Positions 27,382 through 39,455 of a stretch of 64,000 bases of DNA are shown one piece after another. Every line of letters starts with the position of its first letter. Position 1 is the first letter of the stretch. Below the pieces are notes generated by a model. That model worked only from the letters and a program-made list of their open reading frames with translations, did no database searches and was not told where the DNA came from. The DNA is from the human T2T-CHM13v2.0 reference genome, Homo sapiens, in the NCBI GenBank assembly GCA_009914755.4, contig CP086569.2:10304001-10368000 (forward strand), written 5' to 3'. The position numbers and the translations under genes were made by a program.

Positions 27382-29665
27382 TTTGATTTTTTATTTGTTT
27401 AAAAAATGTCAATTATTTTTCTCTCCTTTTATCTTTGTCTTCTCCTTATAGTACTCCATATATTATCATCCCACTTCATATTGTTTCGTAAGTTCCTTAG
27501 GCTGTCTTCATGATTCCTTATTTCTCTCTTTCATTTTTATCCTCCATTTTGATTATTTTCAAACACTTGGCTTAATTTTGCTTATCCTCTGTTCTGCTCG
27601 ATCCAGTTTACTGTTTGTCCCCTGTATCTAATTTTTGACTTAGGTTCCTATATTTTTCACTTCTTTGATTTTTGTTTGATACCTTGAACTATTTTCTACC
27701 TCTTTGTTAAACGTCTCAGTTTTTAAATGCATGGCTTTCCTGACTTCTGTTACTATCTTAGTGCTTTTTGTTTTGATTTCCCTGACAGGGACATTACATA
27801 TTTTCATTTTATGAGAGTCCAATTCTGTTTATTTCTTTTGTTCTTTACCTCAGAACATATTTTCCTCTCCACTGCACTCCCTCACTGCCCCCGTACCCCC
27901 TACCACCAGCCCCACTTTTCTTGACTATGAGTTGGTTTCTGCAAGTCGGTGAAGACAACCATCTTTCTCTGTTGTCCTTAACTCATCCTATGTAGGAAAT
28001 TTCATTTCCTTATCAGTGCAACCAGAGATTCCAGGTGCTTCTCAATTCCATGAATGCCCAACTCACTGTCTTTCTTCTTATGCCCCCCTGGATTGTAGGG
28101 TGTGTGAAATCATACTATTCCTTTGACACAGGCAAGACAGTAGCCAGCCCCATGATACACAGCTAAAAGGTTTTGAGATTAGATGTATATTGCTTGTGGA
28201 CAAGCTTAGATTCAGAGTTTATGTCCAACTAGTTCTGCCTTATGCCAAGAATAGTGTCCATGACTGACACCTGTACCGTCATTCATTATGCTCACTCTGA
28301 ATCTGGACAGATAGCCACTGAATATTTACAACTTTGACAATCTTGTTTTCTGGGATATAGCAGACTCGAACATCTTTGGGGCTCCAGCCGCTGTTTCGCA
28401 GAGAGTGACCAGCAGTCCTCTGATTCCTTCTCCTCCTGTCCAAGTAATATCCATAGAAATAGTAAAAGAGTGGCATATTAGGCTTCATAACATTTTTAAG
28501 GCTGACCAAGATAAGCATTTGATCCAGATATTTATGAATTTATCTCATATATTTTATTTATTTATAGATCTCATTTCAAAATCAATTTTTGCTTGAGAGT
28601 TATTTCAACATATATCCAAATGTTAGGAGCTATGATACATAGATTTCAAGTTTAAAAGTCTATATCTGCTATTATTTTGGGTAAAACCCATCTAGTGCTT
28701 CTAAAAATAAGTATTTATTAGGCATGGCCACTGTAGTGGTCTAAAACACACTTTGAAATTCTTCGCAAACCCATTTGAAAATATTCCTGATGTGACTGAA
28801 CACAGTACTTGTTTCTAATGAATAGAAAACAGTGCAAGCTTTTTCTGGATATTGGGCCACCTCTGGCCTAGGTTAGAAAAGGTGACACAGCTCTGCCTAA
28901 GTCTCCTGCTTTCATGGGGACAAACCCCTCAGGAGCACCGGACCAGTACATCACAAAGTCTAACACCCTGATAACACTATGCAGAAGGGATGTCCCATGG
29001 AAAGACTCATTGAAATAGAAGGAGACACCAGAGGACCTCAGCAGTCCAGCCCCCGCTATTTGAGTCATGCTACCCACAGCACCAGGTAGATGAGAAGGCA
29101 CTTGACAATGTCCCCATCCTGAGCCATCACTAGATTGCATGCTCCTGAGTGCCCCTGAACCACAATCATTTGGCTTAGAGACTCTGGAAGATTGAAGAGA
29201 CTGAGAGTTAATAAATTATAATTATTGTTTTAAGCCACTAAGTTTTAGATAATTTTGAAAACCACTTTACTCTCCTAGAAAAACTGAGTCATCTACTGAT
29301 TTGAGTACTGTGGAGAGCATTAAAGGCCAACATCATAAATGCCAATACCCTGGAAATGTCAAACCACCAAGACTCTTCTAAACACAACAGATTTTTATGT
29401 CCCTTTGCTATGGCTGGGGAATTATCTAACATGTATCTGATAGAGTCTTTTGAAAGCCTCTATTCACATCTCTTGGCTGCATATGGGTCAACTCTGGTCT
29501 GCTTTAATTCTAGTCAACTGCAGCAACTCATCTTTCATTTTAGGTCCTGGCCTACACTGATCTTTTGATCACTGACTGTGTCTTTGTATGTGTATGTATG
29601 TTTTGTGTTACCATATTTTATCTGAAGGGGCTAAATAATAGTGCTATAGTTGTTTTGTAAATATT

Positions 29666-29758
29666 AAGCATTCCAGGAAGACAATATTGCTTATCAACTG
29701 AGTTTTAAAAGAGATATGAGGCAGGGCATAGAGGCAATATTGTCTTCCTGGAATGCTT
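29666..29758. repeat. Perfect 25-bp inverted repeat (a hairpin-capable palindrome) with a 43-bp spacer
   Basis: Left arm aagcattccaggaagacaatattgc (29666-29690). Right arm gcaatattgtcttcctggaatgctt (29734-29758), which is the exact reverse complement of the left arm. Confidence 0.95.
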
Positions 29759-29780
29759 TATGTTTATGGATCTCTTGATG

Positions 29781-30030
29781 TCAGGAGTTTGAGACAAGCC
29801 TCGCCAACATGGCAAGATCCCATGTCTAATATCATACCAAAGCTGGCCAGGCGTGGTGGCCCATGGATGTAATCCCAGCTACTTGAGAGGCTGATGCAGG
29901 AGAATACATTGAACCCTGGGGGCGGAGTTTGCAGTGGAGTGAGATTGCACCACTGTGCTCACCACCAGAGCCTGACCACCAGAGCGAGATTCTGTCTCAG
30001 AAATAAAAATAAGATAAAATAATAGATAGG
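29781..30030 (+). mobile_element. Alu, sense, 5'-truncated
   Basis: tcaggagtttgagacaagcctcgccaacatggcaagatcccatgtctaatat...gctggccaggcgtggtggcccatggatgtaatcccagctacttgagaggctgatgcaggagaatacattgaaccctggg... Confidence 0.85.
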
Positions 30031-30060
30031 AGAGATGACTAAGGAGAGAAATGCATAAAA

Positions 30061-30357
30061 CTGGGTGGGCATTGCAGCTCACTCCTGGAATCCCAGCCTT
30101 TTGAGAGGCTGAGGTGGGTGTATCACTTGAGGACAGGTGTTCAAAACCAGCCTGAGCAAATATTGTGAAACCTTGTCTCTACTAAAAATACAAAAAAAAA
30201 AAATAGCCAGGATTCATGTCACATGCCTACAGTCACAGCTACTTGGGAGGGTTTGAGTGGAGAACTGCTTGAACCTGGGATACGGAAGTTGCAGTCAGCT
30301 GAGATCATGCCACTGAACTCCAGCCTAGGTGACAGAGCAGGATTCCATTAAAAAGAA
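30061..30357 (+). mobile_element. Alu, sense, full length
   Basis: gggtgggcattgcagctcactcctggaatcccagccttttgagaggctgaggtgggtgtatcacttgaggacaggtgttcaaaaccagcctgagcaaatattgtgaaaccttgtctctactaaaaatac...gatcatgccactgaactccagcctaggtgacagagcaggattccattaaaaag. Confidence 0.9.
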
Positions 30358-30360
30358 TCA

Positions 30361-30690
30361 GAGAGAGAAACAGAGATAGAGAAGAAAGAAAAGGAAGGAA
30401 GGAAGGAAGGAAGGAAGGAAGGAAGGAAGGAAGGAAGGAAGGAAGGAAGGAAGGAAGGAAGGAAGGAAGAAAAGAAAGAGAAAGGAAGGGAGGAAGGTGG
30501 GAAGGGAGAAAGAGAGAAGAAGAGAAAGAGAGAACGAAAAAGAAAGAAAGAGAGAGAGGAAAATAAAGGAAGGAAGGAAAAGAGAGAAAAAAAGAGGAAG
30601 GAAGGAAGGAGCCGGGGGGTGCGGGAGGGACAGAGGGAAGGAAGAAGGAGGGAAGGAAGGAAGGGAGGGAGGGAGGGAGGGAGGGGAGAA
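30361..30690. repeat. Long (GGAA)n/(GAAA)n tetranucleotide microsatellite, ~330 bp, growing out of the Alu tail
   Basis: Uninterrupted ggaaggaaggaagg... over about 90 bp, then degenerate gaaa/ggga/ggaa units. It produces three overlapping spurious track ORFs (30305-30700, 30358-30753, 30497-30718). Confidence 0.97.
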
Positions 30691-31317
30691 TGAAAGGCAT
30701 AAAACTAAAAGGAAATAAATAAAAATAAAAACGTCATTTTGTCCATTATCCACATGAATTTTTAATTATGTTTAAAATAATATTTTGGTCCCTAGTGGTC
30801 TAGCTGAAACTTTAAAATGAGGTCATGTATATTGTCAAATTACTCATGTAACTACAGTGTTAGCTGAGATTCTTGTAGTTTTTGAAAACCAAATCTAATT
30901 GACATTTGTCATCAGATCTCATACTAATAGGGGCAGGGTAGTCTGTGTTATGCTGACTAATCTACACTAAATTAAAAATGAAATCAAATCTGCAAGAGAT
31001 GTTATAGTTACTACTACCAGTAAAGGCTGTTTTGTTTCCTGACTTCTGGAGGGTTTTGTTTCCCCAGTGTTGATGGCTGTGGCAGAAAGCCTTCCTGGTC
31101 CAAACTCAACCCTTATCATCACAGTATATACCTGTTCAGACATTAAGGGGAAAGAGCATCCAATCCTACTGCTTTCCTGCATTGGTTCCTATACAAAAGC
31201 AAATGTGCTGTGTTAGTGACTATCAAATATTCATATATTTGATCAAGGAAATTTGTGTTTCCAAAGTGTAAAACAAAAATATTACTATCAGATGTATCTT
31301 AATTATTTTAGTTAGAG

Positions 31318-31445
31318 GAAGTCTTGTTCTGTCACCAGGCTGAATCACACATCATTGTAGTCTCAGATTTTGGGCTCAGAGGATCCTCTAACATCAGCCT
31401 TCCAAAGTACTGAAATTACAGACTTGAGCCATTGTACCCAGCCTC
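31318..31445 (-). mobile_element. Alu fragment, antisense (left-monomer part)
   Basis: gtcttgttctgtcaccaggctgaatcacacatcattgtagtctcagattttgggctcagaggatcctctaacatcagccttccaaagtactgaaattacagacttgagccattgtacccagcc. Confidence 0.75.
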
Positions 31446-31684
31446 AAGTTTAGAGATAAACGGTAATGAATATATCGTAAACCATATAAATAAACACAAC
31501 TGCAGTTTCTCTAGAGAGCTTAAGAAACCACTGAAAAACTGCCATTGTGGACAAGGCTGCTGGCAACAAGGTAATGCAAGGAAAGGAGTGGGTCCTTCCC
31601 CACTGAGTCTTCAGATGATACCAGAGGCCAGCTTGGTATTTCCACTGCAGCTTTTTGAGAGAACATGAAACATAGGTGTGTGCA

Positions 31685-31725
31685 GTTGTCCTTTGTTTGT
31701 TGTTGTTTGTGTGTGTGTGTGTAAG
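31685..31725. repeat. (GTT)n/(GT)n simple repeat
   Basis: gttgtcctttgtttgttgttgtttgtgtgtgtgtgtgtaagcatacatacat. Confidence 0.85.
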
Positions 31726-31869
31726 CATACATACATAAACAGGCTGAACAAACTAGGATCACCCACACAGTGGAATATATTGCAGCTTTTTGTAGATCTG
31801 GCAGAATTCATCCTGAATCTATCGGTTCCTGGATCTTTTTTTTTTTTTTTTTTTGGCTCTTGGTTACTT

Positions 31870-32900
31870 ATTACCAGTGATTCCATTTTGGAAATTGAAA
31901 TTGGACAGGCTGGAGCTGAGACTGGGTCCACTTAGATTCTGTTGTGGAACAGAGAATGGCATGCCTGTAATTTTGGCTGTGATGGTTACTGGAAGGTCTC
32001 TGCACAGATGGGCTAATTGTCTGCTGCAGCATGAGGGCCAGGGGCTGACAATCAGCTCCCTTGACATCTGCAGTTGAACAGATCATTTAGAGCCTGGTCT
32101 CTGCTAAAAAAGTTGCATATTGCCCAAAAAGTTTCTCAAAGATTATATAGTTCCCTGACTAAAGTGGAAGGGCTGGAGCTGAGAGTGGGTCATCCCTATA
32201 GGGGACAGAGGCTGGAGAGTCTAAATCCAATTTTCTGCTGGAAAGAGCCTGGATAGACTATATTCATTAGCCCAGACAGGCACTTTCCCCAGCAGGGTAG
32301 TTGATTCCCAACAGCAGTGGGAGGGGCTGGAGCTGAGACTGGGATTCTCTGTTTCTGAATAAAGTCATGTGCTCTAGAGATTCTAATGCCCCAGTGATTT
32401 CCATTAGATATATCAGAAGTGATCTTCCTTCCAGGGGTACTAAGGCTTATTATATAAACTACTTGCCCACTGGGTCCAGGTAGGGCCAGAAACTTCATCC
32501 TTCACTACTAAATTGCCTCTGCTTTTCAGCCTGGGGATGGGTGGAGCACATAGGACTAGGATGGTCAAAAGTATAGCAGTTGGGAATGGGTGGGGTCACA
32601 TGACCCTTCTGTGGATAATCACCAAGCTGCCTCTTTGTCACAGCCTTGGAAGTTTTGCAGAGAAAACCAGGGTGGGATTTGGCAGTTGGCCAGTGACTTG
32701 AGCCTGGCAGACCCATCAACCATGGTTGGTTCCTGCAGAATGATGCTGTTGCCTAGTTTCTCTGATGGTGTACCTCTGCTGGTTGGAATATAAAACCACC
32801 AGTAAGATTACTGTTATGGTCCCTGTGAGCCCCATCCATGTACTTTGTTTCTAACTACCCCCTGTTGTCTCCCAATGTTACTCCCAATGTTTCCCACAGG
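31870..32900. repeat. Unclassified repeat-like segment with three spaced copies of the ~20-mer GGGCTGGAGCTGAGAsTGGG
   Basis: Copies at about 31905 (ggacaggctggagctgagactgggtcc), 32170 (ggaagggctggagctgagagtgggtcat) and 32320 (gggaggggctggagctgagactgggattc). No coding signal. Confidence 0.4.
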
Positions 32901-33190
32901 ATAAGACTAGAGAGGACATCATGTGAAGAAATGCAAAATGGAAAATAAAAGGCTGAATGTACAATTTCAACACTCTCCTCTCCGAATAAACTGCGAGTCT
33001 GGGGAAATTTTTTCTATGCAACCCTGTGCTGGCTTGGGGAGGAGAAAAAGCGTCAAATTAAAACTGTTCTTTTATCCTATGTATGTGGCTATTCTCAGTT
33101 CTATGGTCGAAGAAGGTGTCACAGATTCAATCCCAAGTTATAGAATCATTCACTAAGGTGTCCTTATCTAAGGATAGTTGTGAGTTGAGT

Positions 33191-33225
33191 TGTTTTTGTT
33201 GTTGTTGTTGTTGTTGTTGTTTTTT
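33191..33225. repeat. (GTT)n microsatellite
   Basis: gttgttgttgttgttgttgttgtttttttg. Confidence 0.95.
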
Positions 33226-33313
33226 TGTGGAGGGCATGGGAATTAGCAGAATCACAGAATTCCTATTCTGCCACATTGGATCCTAGAAACAGGCAAGTTA
33301 AAAGACTGTCACA

Positions 33314-33624
33314 GGCTGAGCACAGTGGCTCATGCCTGTAACCCCAGCACTTTGGGAGGCCGAGGCAGGCATATCATGAGGTCAGGAGGCCAAGACCATC
33401 CTGGCTTACATGGTGAAATCCCTTCTCTACTAAACATACAAAAAAAAATTAGCCAGGCCTGGTAGCACATGCCTGCAGTCTCAGCTACTTGTAAGGTTGA
33501 GGCAGGAGCATCTCCTGAACCTTGGAGGTGGAAGTCAAAGTGAGTTTAGATCATGCCACTGCACCCCAACCTGGGTGACAGAGTGAGACTCAATCTCAAA
33601 AATAAATAAATAAATAAATAAAAC
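33314..33624 (+). mobile_element. Alu, sense, with an (AAAT)n tail
   Basis: ggctgagcacagtggctcatgcctgtaaccccagcactttgggaggccgaggcaggcatatcatgaggtcaggaggccaagaccatcctggcttacatggtgaaatccc...aataaataaataaataaataaaa. Confidence 0.9.
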
Positions 33625-34518
33625 TGGTCCTAAGGGAGGAGTTTACAAGTTTCAGGTGCTTCCATGGAGAAGCTGAAAGCTAGAGCGAGCCAAGGGTTGG
33701 ACTTAAGGAAGACCTCACGGGACCATTGAAAACCACCTCTTTGTCCTCTATGGAACACAGGAAATAGTGAATGCGGAGCTCCACTGTTTACTGATATAGG
33801 CAAGTTATCAGCCAGAGAAATATGTCTTAGTCTGTTTGTGTTCCTATGAAAGAATATGAGCCTGGAAAATTCATAAAGAAAAGAGCTTTCATTGGCTCCT
33901 AGTTCTGCAGGCTGTAAAAGATGTGTGGTGCCAGCATCTGCATATAGTGAGGGGCTCATGAGGCTTCCACTCAGGACAAAAGGTAAAAGGAAAACAGGCA
34001 TGTCACATGTGGAGAGAGCAAGAGAGACAAGGGGAGAAGGTATCAGGCTCTTTTCAACAAACTATTTGGAATGAAAAGCTGCATTATGAAAACTAATACA
34101 GCAGAAAACTCACTTATTAGCCATGGCAAAGGTGCCAAGCCATTTATAAGGGATCCAGCCCCATGACACAAACACACACCTCCCACTAGCTGCCATTTAC
34201 AGACTGGAGGACCACATTTCAGCCTGAGGCTTGGAGGGACAAATGTCCAAACTGTATCAACAGGCAAGTTTAAAAATCACGCAGAGTTATCGTAAAACAA
34301 TCATTTTTCCTCTTTAGACTCCTGGGACTACAAAAAGCTGGGCTTCATTAGCTTCCAGAGATTGGCAAGTTAGTATTGGAACACTTAGGCAGCAAACTGA
34401 GAAGTCAGGGCCACAGTTGGGTAGTTTGACTTCTTGGAAGGAAAATTTAGAAGCTCAGTATATTGCTAGAGTGAGTGATGATGAAGACCGATGAGAAATG
34501 CCTGTTTGCCTGCTCTCA

Positions 34519-34897
<379 letters not shown>

Positions 34898-35432
34898 CAA
34901 GGCATTAGATTTACAATCTAAGTTCTTCGAGGTACAAAGTGAGAGCTGAGCTTCATTGACTGCTTGAGATCCAGTAAGCCAGGAGGAAAGTTTCGGGAGG
35001 GCTTGAATGTCTACTTAAATCTCTCTTTTATCTTGGGAGGTCTTAGGAGAGTTATGAATGCCAGTCTGTGTTAGAATCCAGAGATAGGCAAGTTAGGAAT
35101 CATTTCATTGAGAAGCATCTGTAAGAGTTGGGGCATTACATATGTGGATTAATACTTCAGTCCTCTGAGAGAAGCTGTGAATTAACAGTTCCCTATGGAT
35201 TCTAGGGCACTGTGTCAGACATGAACTCTAGAACAAAACCATGCTTCAGTTTTTCTTATGTCTTTTAAGTGAGTATTTTCATAATCCTATGTGCAAGAGT
35301 ATCACAACTAGTTTCTGAGTTTATCTCATAGGGAATTAATGTGGGTGTGGCTTTTTATTTATTGCATTTGTGGATGGAGGAACAAATTAGAGCCTCCTAT
35401 TTTGTCCCTACCACACACACACATACACAAAA

Positions 35433-35600
35433 GCTGGGCACGGTGGTGTGTGTCTGTAATTCCAGCTACTTGGGAGGCTGAAATGGAAGGCTCACACATT
35501 TGAACCCAGGAGTTCAAGGCTAGCGTGCTACAGTGATGGAACTGCAGTCCAGGCAGGACAACAGAGTGAGACCCTGCCTCTAAAAATGAAAAAAAGAAAT
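35433..35600 (+). mobile_element. Alu right-monomer/half element, sense, preceded by a short (CA)n
   Basis: gctgggcacggtggtgtgtgtctgtaattccagctacttgggaggctgaaatggaaggctcacacatttgaacccaggagttcaaggctagcgtgctacagtgatggaactgcagtccaggcaggacaacagagtgagaccctgcctctaaaaatgaaaaaaag. Confidence 0.8.
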
Positions 35601-35659
35601 AAGTGCTTGAACTGAAGGATACCCTATTTAATATTTACATGTTTGTTGATTTATATAAT

Positions 35660-35950
35660 TATTTTTGAATTGGAGTCATGCTCTGTCACCCAGGCTAAAG
35701 TGCATCGCACAATATTGGCTCACTGCAGCCTCAGCCTCCCAGGTTCAGATGATTCTCCTGCCTGAGCCTCCCAATTAACTGATACACATGAAAGGCCTGC
35801 ACCAATGCGGCCGGCTAATTTTTGTATTTTTGGTAGAGATGGAGTTTCATGGTTTTGGCCAGCCTGGTTTTCAACTCCTGACCTAAAAGGATCTGCAAGC
35901 CTCTGCCTTCCCAAGTGTTAGAATTAAAGACCTGAGCCATCACACTTGGA
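35660..35950 (-). mobile_element. Alu, antisense
   Basis: ggagtcatgctctgtcacccaggctaaagtgcatcgcacaatattggctcactgcagcctcagcctcccaggttcagatgattctcctgcctgagcctcccaa...gagatggagtttcatggttttggccagcctgg. Confidence 0.88.
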
Positions 35951-36413
35951 CAGTAAGATACACAAGACTAGGGAGTTTTATCTTTTCACTCCATCCTCAC
36001 AATGTTACATTATAGGTAATGAAAACACAACTTCATAACATGAATAACTCACTTGAAAATCAAAGTTTGTAACTTCTCCCTTTAAAATTATTTGCACCCT
36101 TACCCTATAAAAATGATGATCTTGTCAAGAAAATACTTCCTCCTTGCAGATTGGTCTGTCAATTGTAAGAATTATGGACCGTAAAACTTTTGGAACTTCA
36201 TGTATTTTATTTCTTTAGGTTGTATAATCAGGAAAATTAATTGGTTTAGTTATTTAGGTCCAAATCTTTTTATTTTTATCATTTGATGATTTGTTAAACC
36301 TTTAAGCAACTCCATCTTAAACTTTATGCTGTTGTTTATGTTTTATACACTTCACTTTAACAATAGTATGAGGTTTAAAGCATTTCCATTCATATCATCA
36401 ATTAAATCTGATA

Positions 36414-36702
36414 GGCTGAGATCAGTGGCTCATGCCTGTAATTGTAGCACTTTGGGAGTCTGAGGAAGGTGGATCAGGATTTTAAGAACAGCCTGGCAAA
36501 CATGGTGAGACGCTGTCAGTAATAAAAACACAAAAAGTTAGCCGGCTGTGGTGCACACATGTCTAATACCAGTTACTCAGGATGCTGAGGCAAGAGAATA
36601 GCTTGGACCCAGAAGGTGGAGTCTGCAGTAAGCCAAGATGGAGCCACTGCACCCCAGCTTGGGTGACAAAGCTACACTCCATCTCAAAAAAAAAAAAAAA
36701 AA
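36414..36702 (+). mobile_element. Alu, sense, with a poly-A tail
   Basis: ggctgagatcagtggctcatgcctgtaattgtagcactttgggagtctgaggaaggtggatcagg...ggagccactgcaccccagcttgggtgacaaagctacactccatctcaaaaaaaaaaaaaaaa. Confidence 0.88.
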
Positions 36703-37559
36703 TTGAAAACATCCCAACCATTCTAGATTATTCCTATTTGTAAGAACTTATTACTAAACCATTACTTGCAACAACCATTGTCAAAACTTACAACAAAAAA
36801 TTAACATGAGTACGTCCCAAGACAAAACACTTACTTTTCAGTATTTAAATTAGGAACATTTAATTTCATTATGCTATGTATGCACTTGAGAAACTTAGCT
36901 GGTTCACTATTGATTTAGGTAAAAAGAAATAAATTCATTACTATTATCCCCCTTCAGTCACAAAATGCTTCAAGTAGAATGTTCTGGATGTCTTAAACTT
37001 TAGTATCAACCACATGTAATTATTTCCTTTCACCTGTACTATTCCTCTAATAAATAAACATTTTAGTGTGAGGCAGATAGTTTTGCAGCCTTTCTGAAGA
37101 TTTCTCAAACATTTTAACCTTGTAAGTTTTTGAAGAGAAACAGCATAATTAGAAAACTTGTGCAGCTTGCAAGGGAGATGTAACATATGCCTAATTTTGT
37201 ATCTATTTATTTGAAAGAAACAAAGAAAAACGTTCAGCAAACACCACAATTTACTCTCCTATTGAATTTGTTTTTAAGCATGTGCAGCTAAGCAATAACA
37301 TCAGGTATTTTGCAGTACATGTAAAATTTTATTAGAAAATTTTAATGTAGATATGACATCTAAACAGATAGTTTTCAAATAGCATTAACCAGTAAAAAAT
37401 TACTTGGAAAAAAATTCCTTTTCCTTTGAATAACTCAAAAAATTCATGGAGTAAGTCAGTATCGACCTCTCTCCACAAAACCAGTATGTTTCTTTTAGTA
37501 ATATGCAAGTAACAATGAAAAAAGAACATTTCAATTTTTGATTTGCAAACAAGGTTTGG

Positions 37560-37891
37560 TATGCAATAACTATTATTTTGAATACTTGCTTTAATATGTG
37601 CTTCAGTCTCCTTTATCATACTGACTTTCCCCACCATCTCCTGTAGATGCCACATAACTTCAGCTACCATATGCTTCATGAGGAGCAGGTACACCCTATC
37701 GAGGGAAGATGGATTTCTTTCGTCTTTTCTGCCAATGTGCTCATGACCACAGGAATAAAAATCACCACAGCCCTTTGAGTAACTCTCCCGACTTCTGCCA
37801 TATCTATCTCATATATTGTTATAATCATAGTGGCTGCTTCTACCATAAGACACTTTAGGCCCTCGTGCAGGTGGTGCACCATGAGAGGTCC
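37560..37891 (-). pseudogene. RBMY pseudogene: terminal coding exon plus start of the 3'UTR. It has an in-frame TGA at 37810-37812. The homologous stop is at about 37603-37605. The 3' boundary is not determined.
   Basis: ccctgcag|(G)GG ACC TCT CAT GGT GCA CCA CCT GCA CGA GGG CCT AAA GTG TCT TAT GGT AGA AGC AGC CAC TAT GAT TAT AAC AAT ATA TGA GAT AGA TAT GGC AGA AGT CGG GAG AGT TAC TCA AAG GGC TGT GGT GAT TTT TAT TCC TGT GGT CAT GAG CAC ATT GGC AGA AAA GAC GAA AGA AAT CCA TCT TCC CTC GAT AGG GTG ...GGTGGGGAAAGTCAGTATGATAAAGGAGACTGA. Confidence 0.65.
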
Positions 37892-38296
37892 CTGCAGGGT
37901 TGGTAAAATAATATGTTGGACTACATTTAAACATTTTTACTGCCATCACTAAAGCATGAATTAGTTAAAGTACTATCTGGAAATATCTGCTTTCCTCTGC
38001 CTTTGTTGAAAGGATATTAATTATGCCTGCAATAGTCAGAAGGTTTTATTTAAAAGAAGTGTAAGGGTAGCATTTTGAAGCTTAACAAATTTATTTCTAA
38101 ACTAAACATTGAGTCTCATTTTCTGAATGTGAAGTTTTCAACTTCATATCGTTCCCATGCTTTATACTGTTAAGAATACTCCATATTTAAACATGTTATG
38201 TTTGTCCTTTATAATTTTCCTTTGAATTTCATTAAAATAATGCTCTGATCTATGAAATAAAATTGTAAAATTTACAAATCCATCCTGGACCCTTAC

Positions 38297-38385
38297 CATA
38301 TCTCTGAAATGCATCTCTGTAAGAACTTCCACTTGTATGTTCAGAATAATCTCTACCATAGGCCTCACAGTAGCCATCACGGTAA
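38297..38385 (-). pseudogene. RBMY pseudogene: exon (S)[29 protein letters not shown]
   Basis: ttag|T TAC CGT GAT GGC TAC TGT GAG GCC TAT GGT AGA GAT TAT TCT GAA CAT ACA AGT GGA AGT TCT TAC AGA GAT GCA TTT CAG AGA TAT G|gtaagg. Confidence 0.75.
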
Positions 38386-38470
38386 CTAAATTGAAAAAAA
38401 AAAAGGTTTTTTAATGTCAGAATGAACAATTTAAGAAATCTATTAGATAAATCCAGAAAAAGTTACAGTA

Positions 38471-38581
38471 CCTATATCCTCTAGAGGAATGTTCATCCTG
38501 AATAGAATGACCATAATCACGATATGCATAGTCTCTAGGTGGTGGAGCATAATCCCTGGTTTCTCCGGAACTTGGATGATT
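38471..38581 (-). pseudogene. RBMY pseudogene: the single SRGY-box exon
   Basis: cacag|A AAT CAT CCA AGT TCC GGA GAA ACC AGG GAT TAT GCT CCA CCA CCT AGA GAC TAT GCA TAT CGT GAT TAT GGT CAT TCT ATT CAG GAT GAA CAT TCC TCT AGA GGA TAT AG|gtactg. This encodes [36 protein letters not shown]. Confidence 0.75.
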
Positions 38582-38739
38582 TCTGTGTGCATAAATTTAA
38601 GCAATAAATTTTAAATTTTCAACTTCTAGTATCCAAACCATAACTATTATAACTTAAACAAAATTAAAAGGCCAAACATCTAAATAGATATTTCTCCAAA
38701 TAAAATAGGCAAATGCCCAAAAAGCACATGGAACAGATA

Positions 38740-39370
38740 CTCACATTCAGTGATTCAGAAAATAACTTCAAATCGAAAATGAGATATCATACTTCACACA
38801 CACATTGGAATGGCAATATATTTTAAAAGCAGGAAATAACAAGTGTTTGAGAGGATATAGATAAATTGGAACCCTGATACAATGATAGTTGGAATAGAAA
38901 ATGATGCAGCTACTATGGAGAAATGTGGTGGTTCCTCAAGAAAACAAACATAATTATCATAGGACCAAGCAATTCCACTTGTATAAACATCCAGAATTGA
39001 ATAAGCATACTCAAACAAATATTGGTGCATAGAAACACTGTGGTGGAAGCAACCCAAAGAAAATAATGAGTTAACAGCTTGTGGAAGGAGTGAAGTGCTA
39101 TGATGTAAATGAACCTTCAGGACATCATGCAAAAGCAAGAAGACAGATACAAAAAGTCGTGTAGTATTTGAGCCCATTAACATTAAATGCCCACAACAGG
39201 TAAGTTCAAAGGCAGAACACAGATTGGTGTTTGCTAGCAGCTGAGGGAACGGAGAAAATGAAAGGGACTGCTTAACTGGTAGTTGGAATTTTAGTTTGGT
39301 GTGATAAAAAAATGTTTTGGAACTTGATGGAGGTAGTTGCTGCACAACACAGAATGTATTTAACTCCACT
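38740..39370 (+). mobile_element. Old L1 fragment (ORF2 3' region), sense, inside an RBMY intron
   Basis: ttggaatggcaatatattttaaaagcaggaaataacaagtgtttgagaggatatagataaattggaaccctgatacaatgatagttggaatagaaaatgatgcagctactatggagaaatgtggtggttcctcaagaaaacaaacataattatcataggaccaagcaattccacttg... is a diverged match to L1 (ttagaatggcaatcattaaaaagtcaggaaacaacaggtgctggagaggatgcggagaaataggaacac...). Track ORF 38794-39369(-) lies over it and is spurious. Confidence 0.8.
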
Positions 39371-39455
39371 TAACTGTTTACCTTATAATATTTAATTTTG
39401 TTATATGAATTTCATCACCACATCAAAAAAAATCAACTGCTTTTAAAAATTTTTT

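Noticed and set aside
30305-30753. Three overlapping ORFs of 131/131/73 aa (SFLPSFLPS..., KEGRKEGRK...)
   Set aside because: They are pure translations of the (GGAA)n microsatellite in different frames and strands.
38794-39369. 191-aa minus-strand ORF inside the RBMY intron
   Set aside because: It lies entirely over an old L1 ORF2 fragment, on the antisense strand, and is an accidental open frame. It is not in the RBMY reading frame and has no splice sites.
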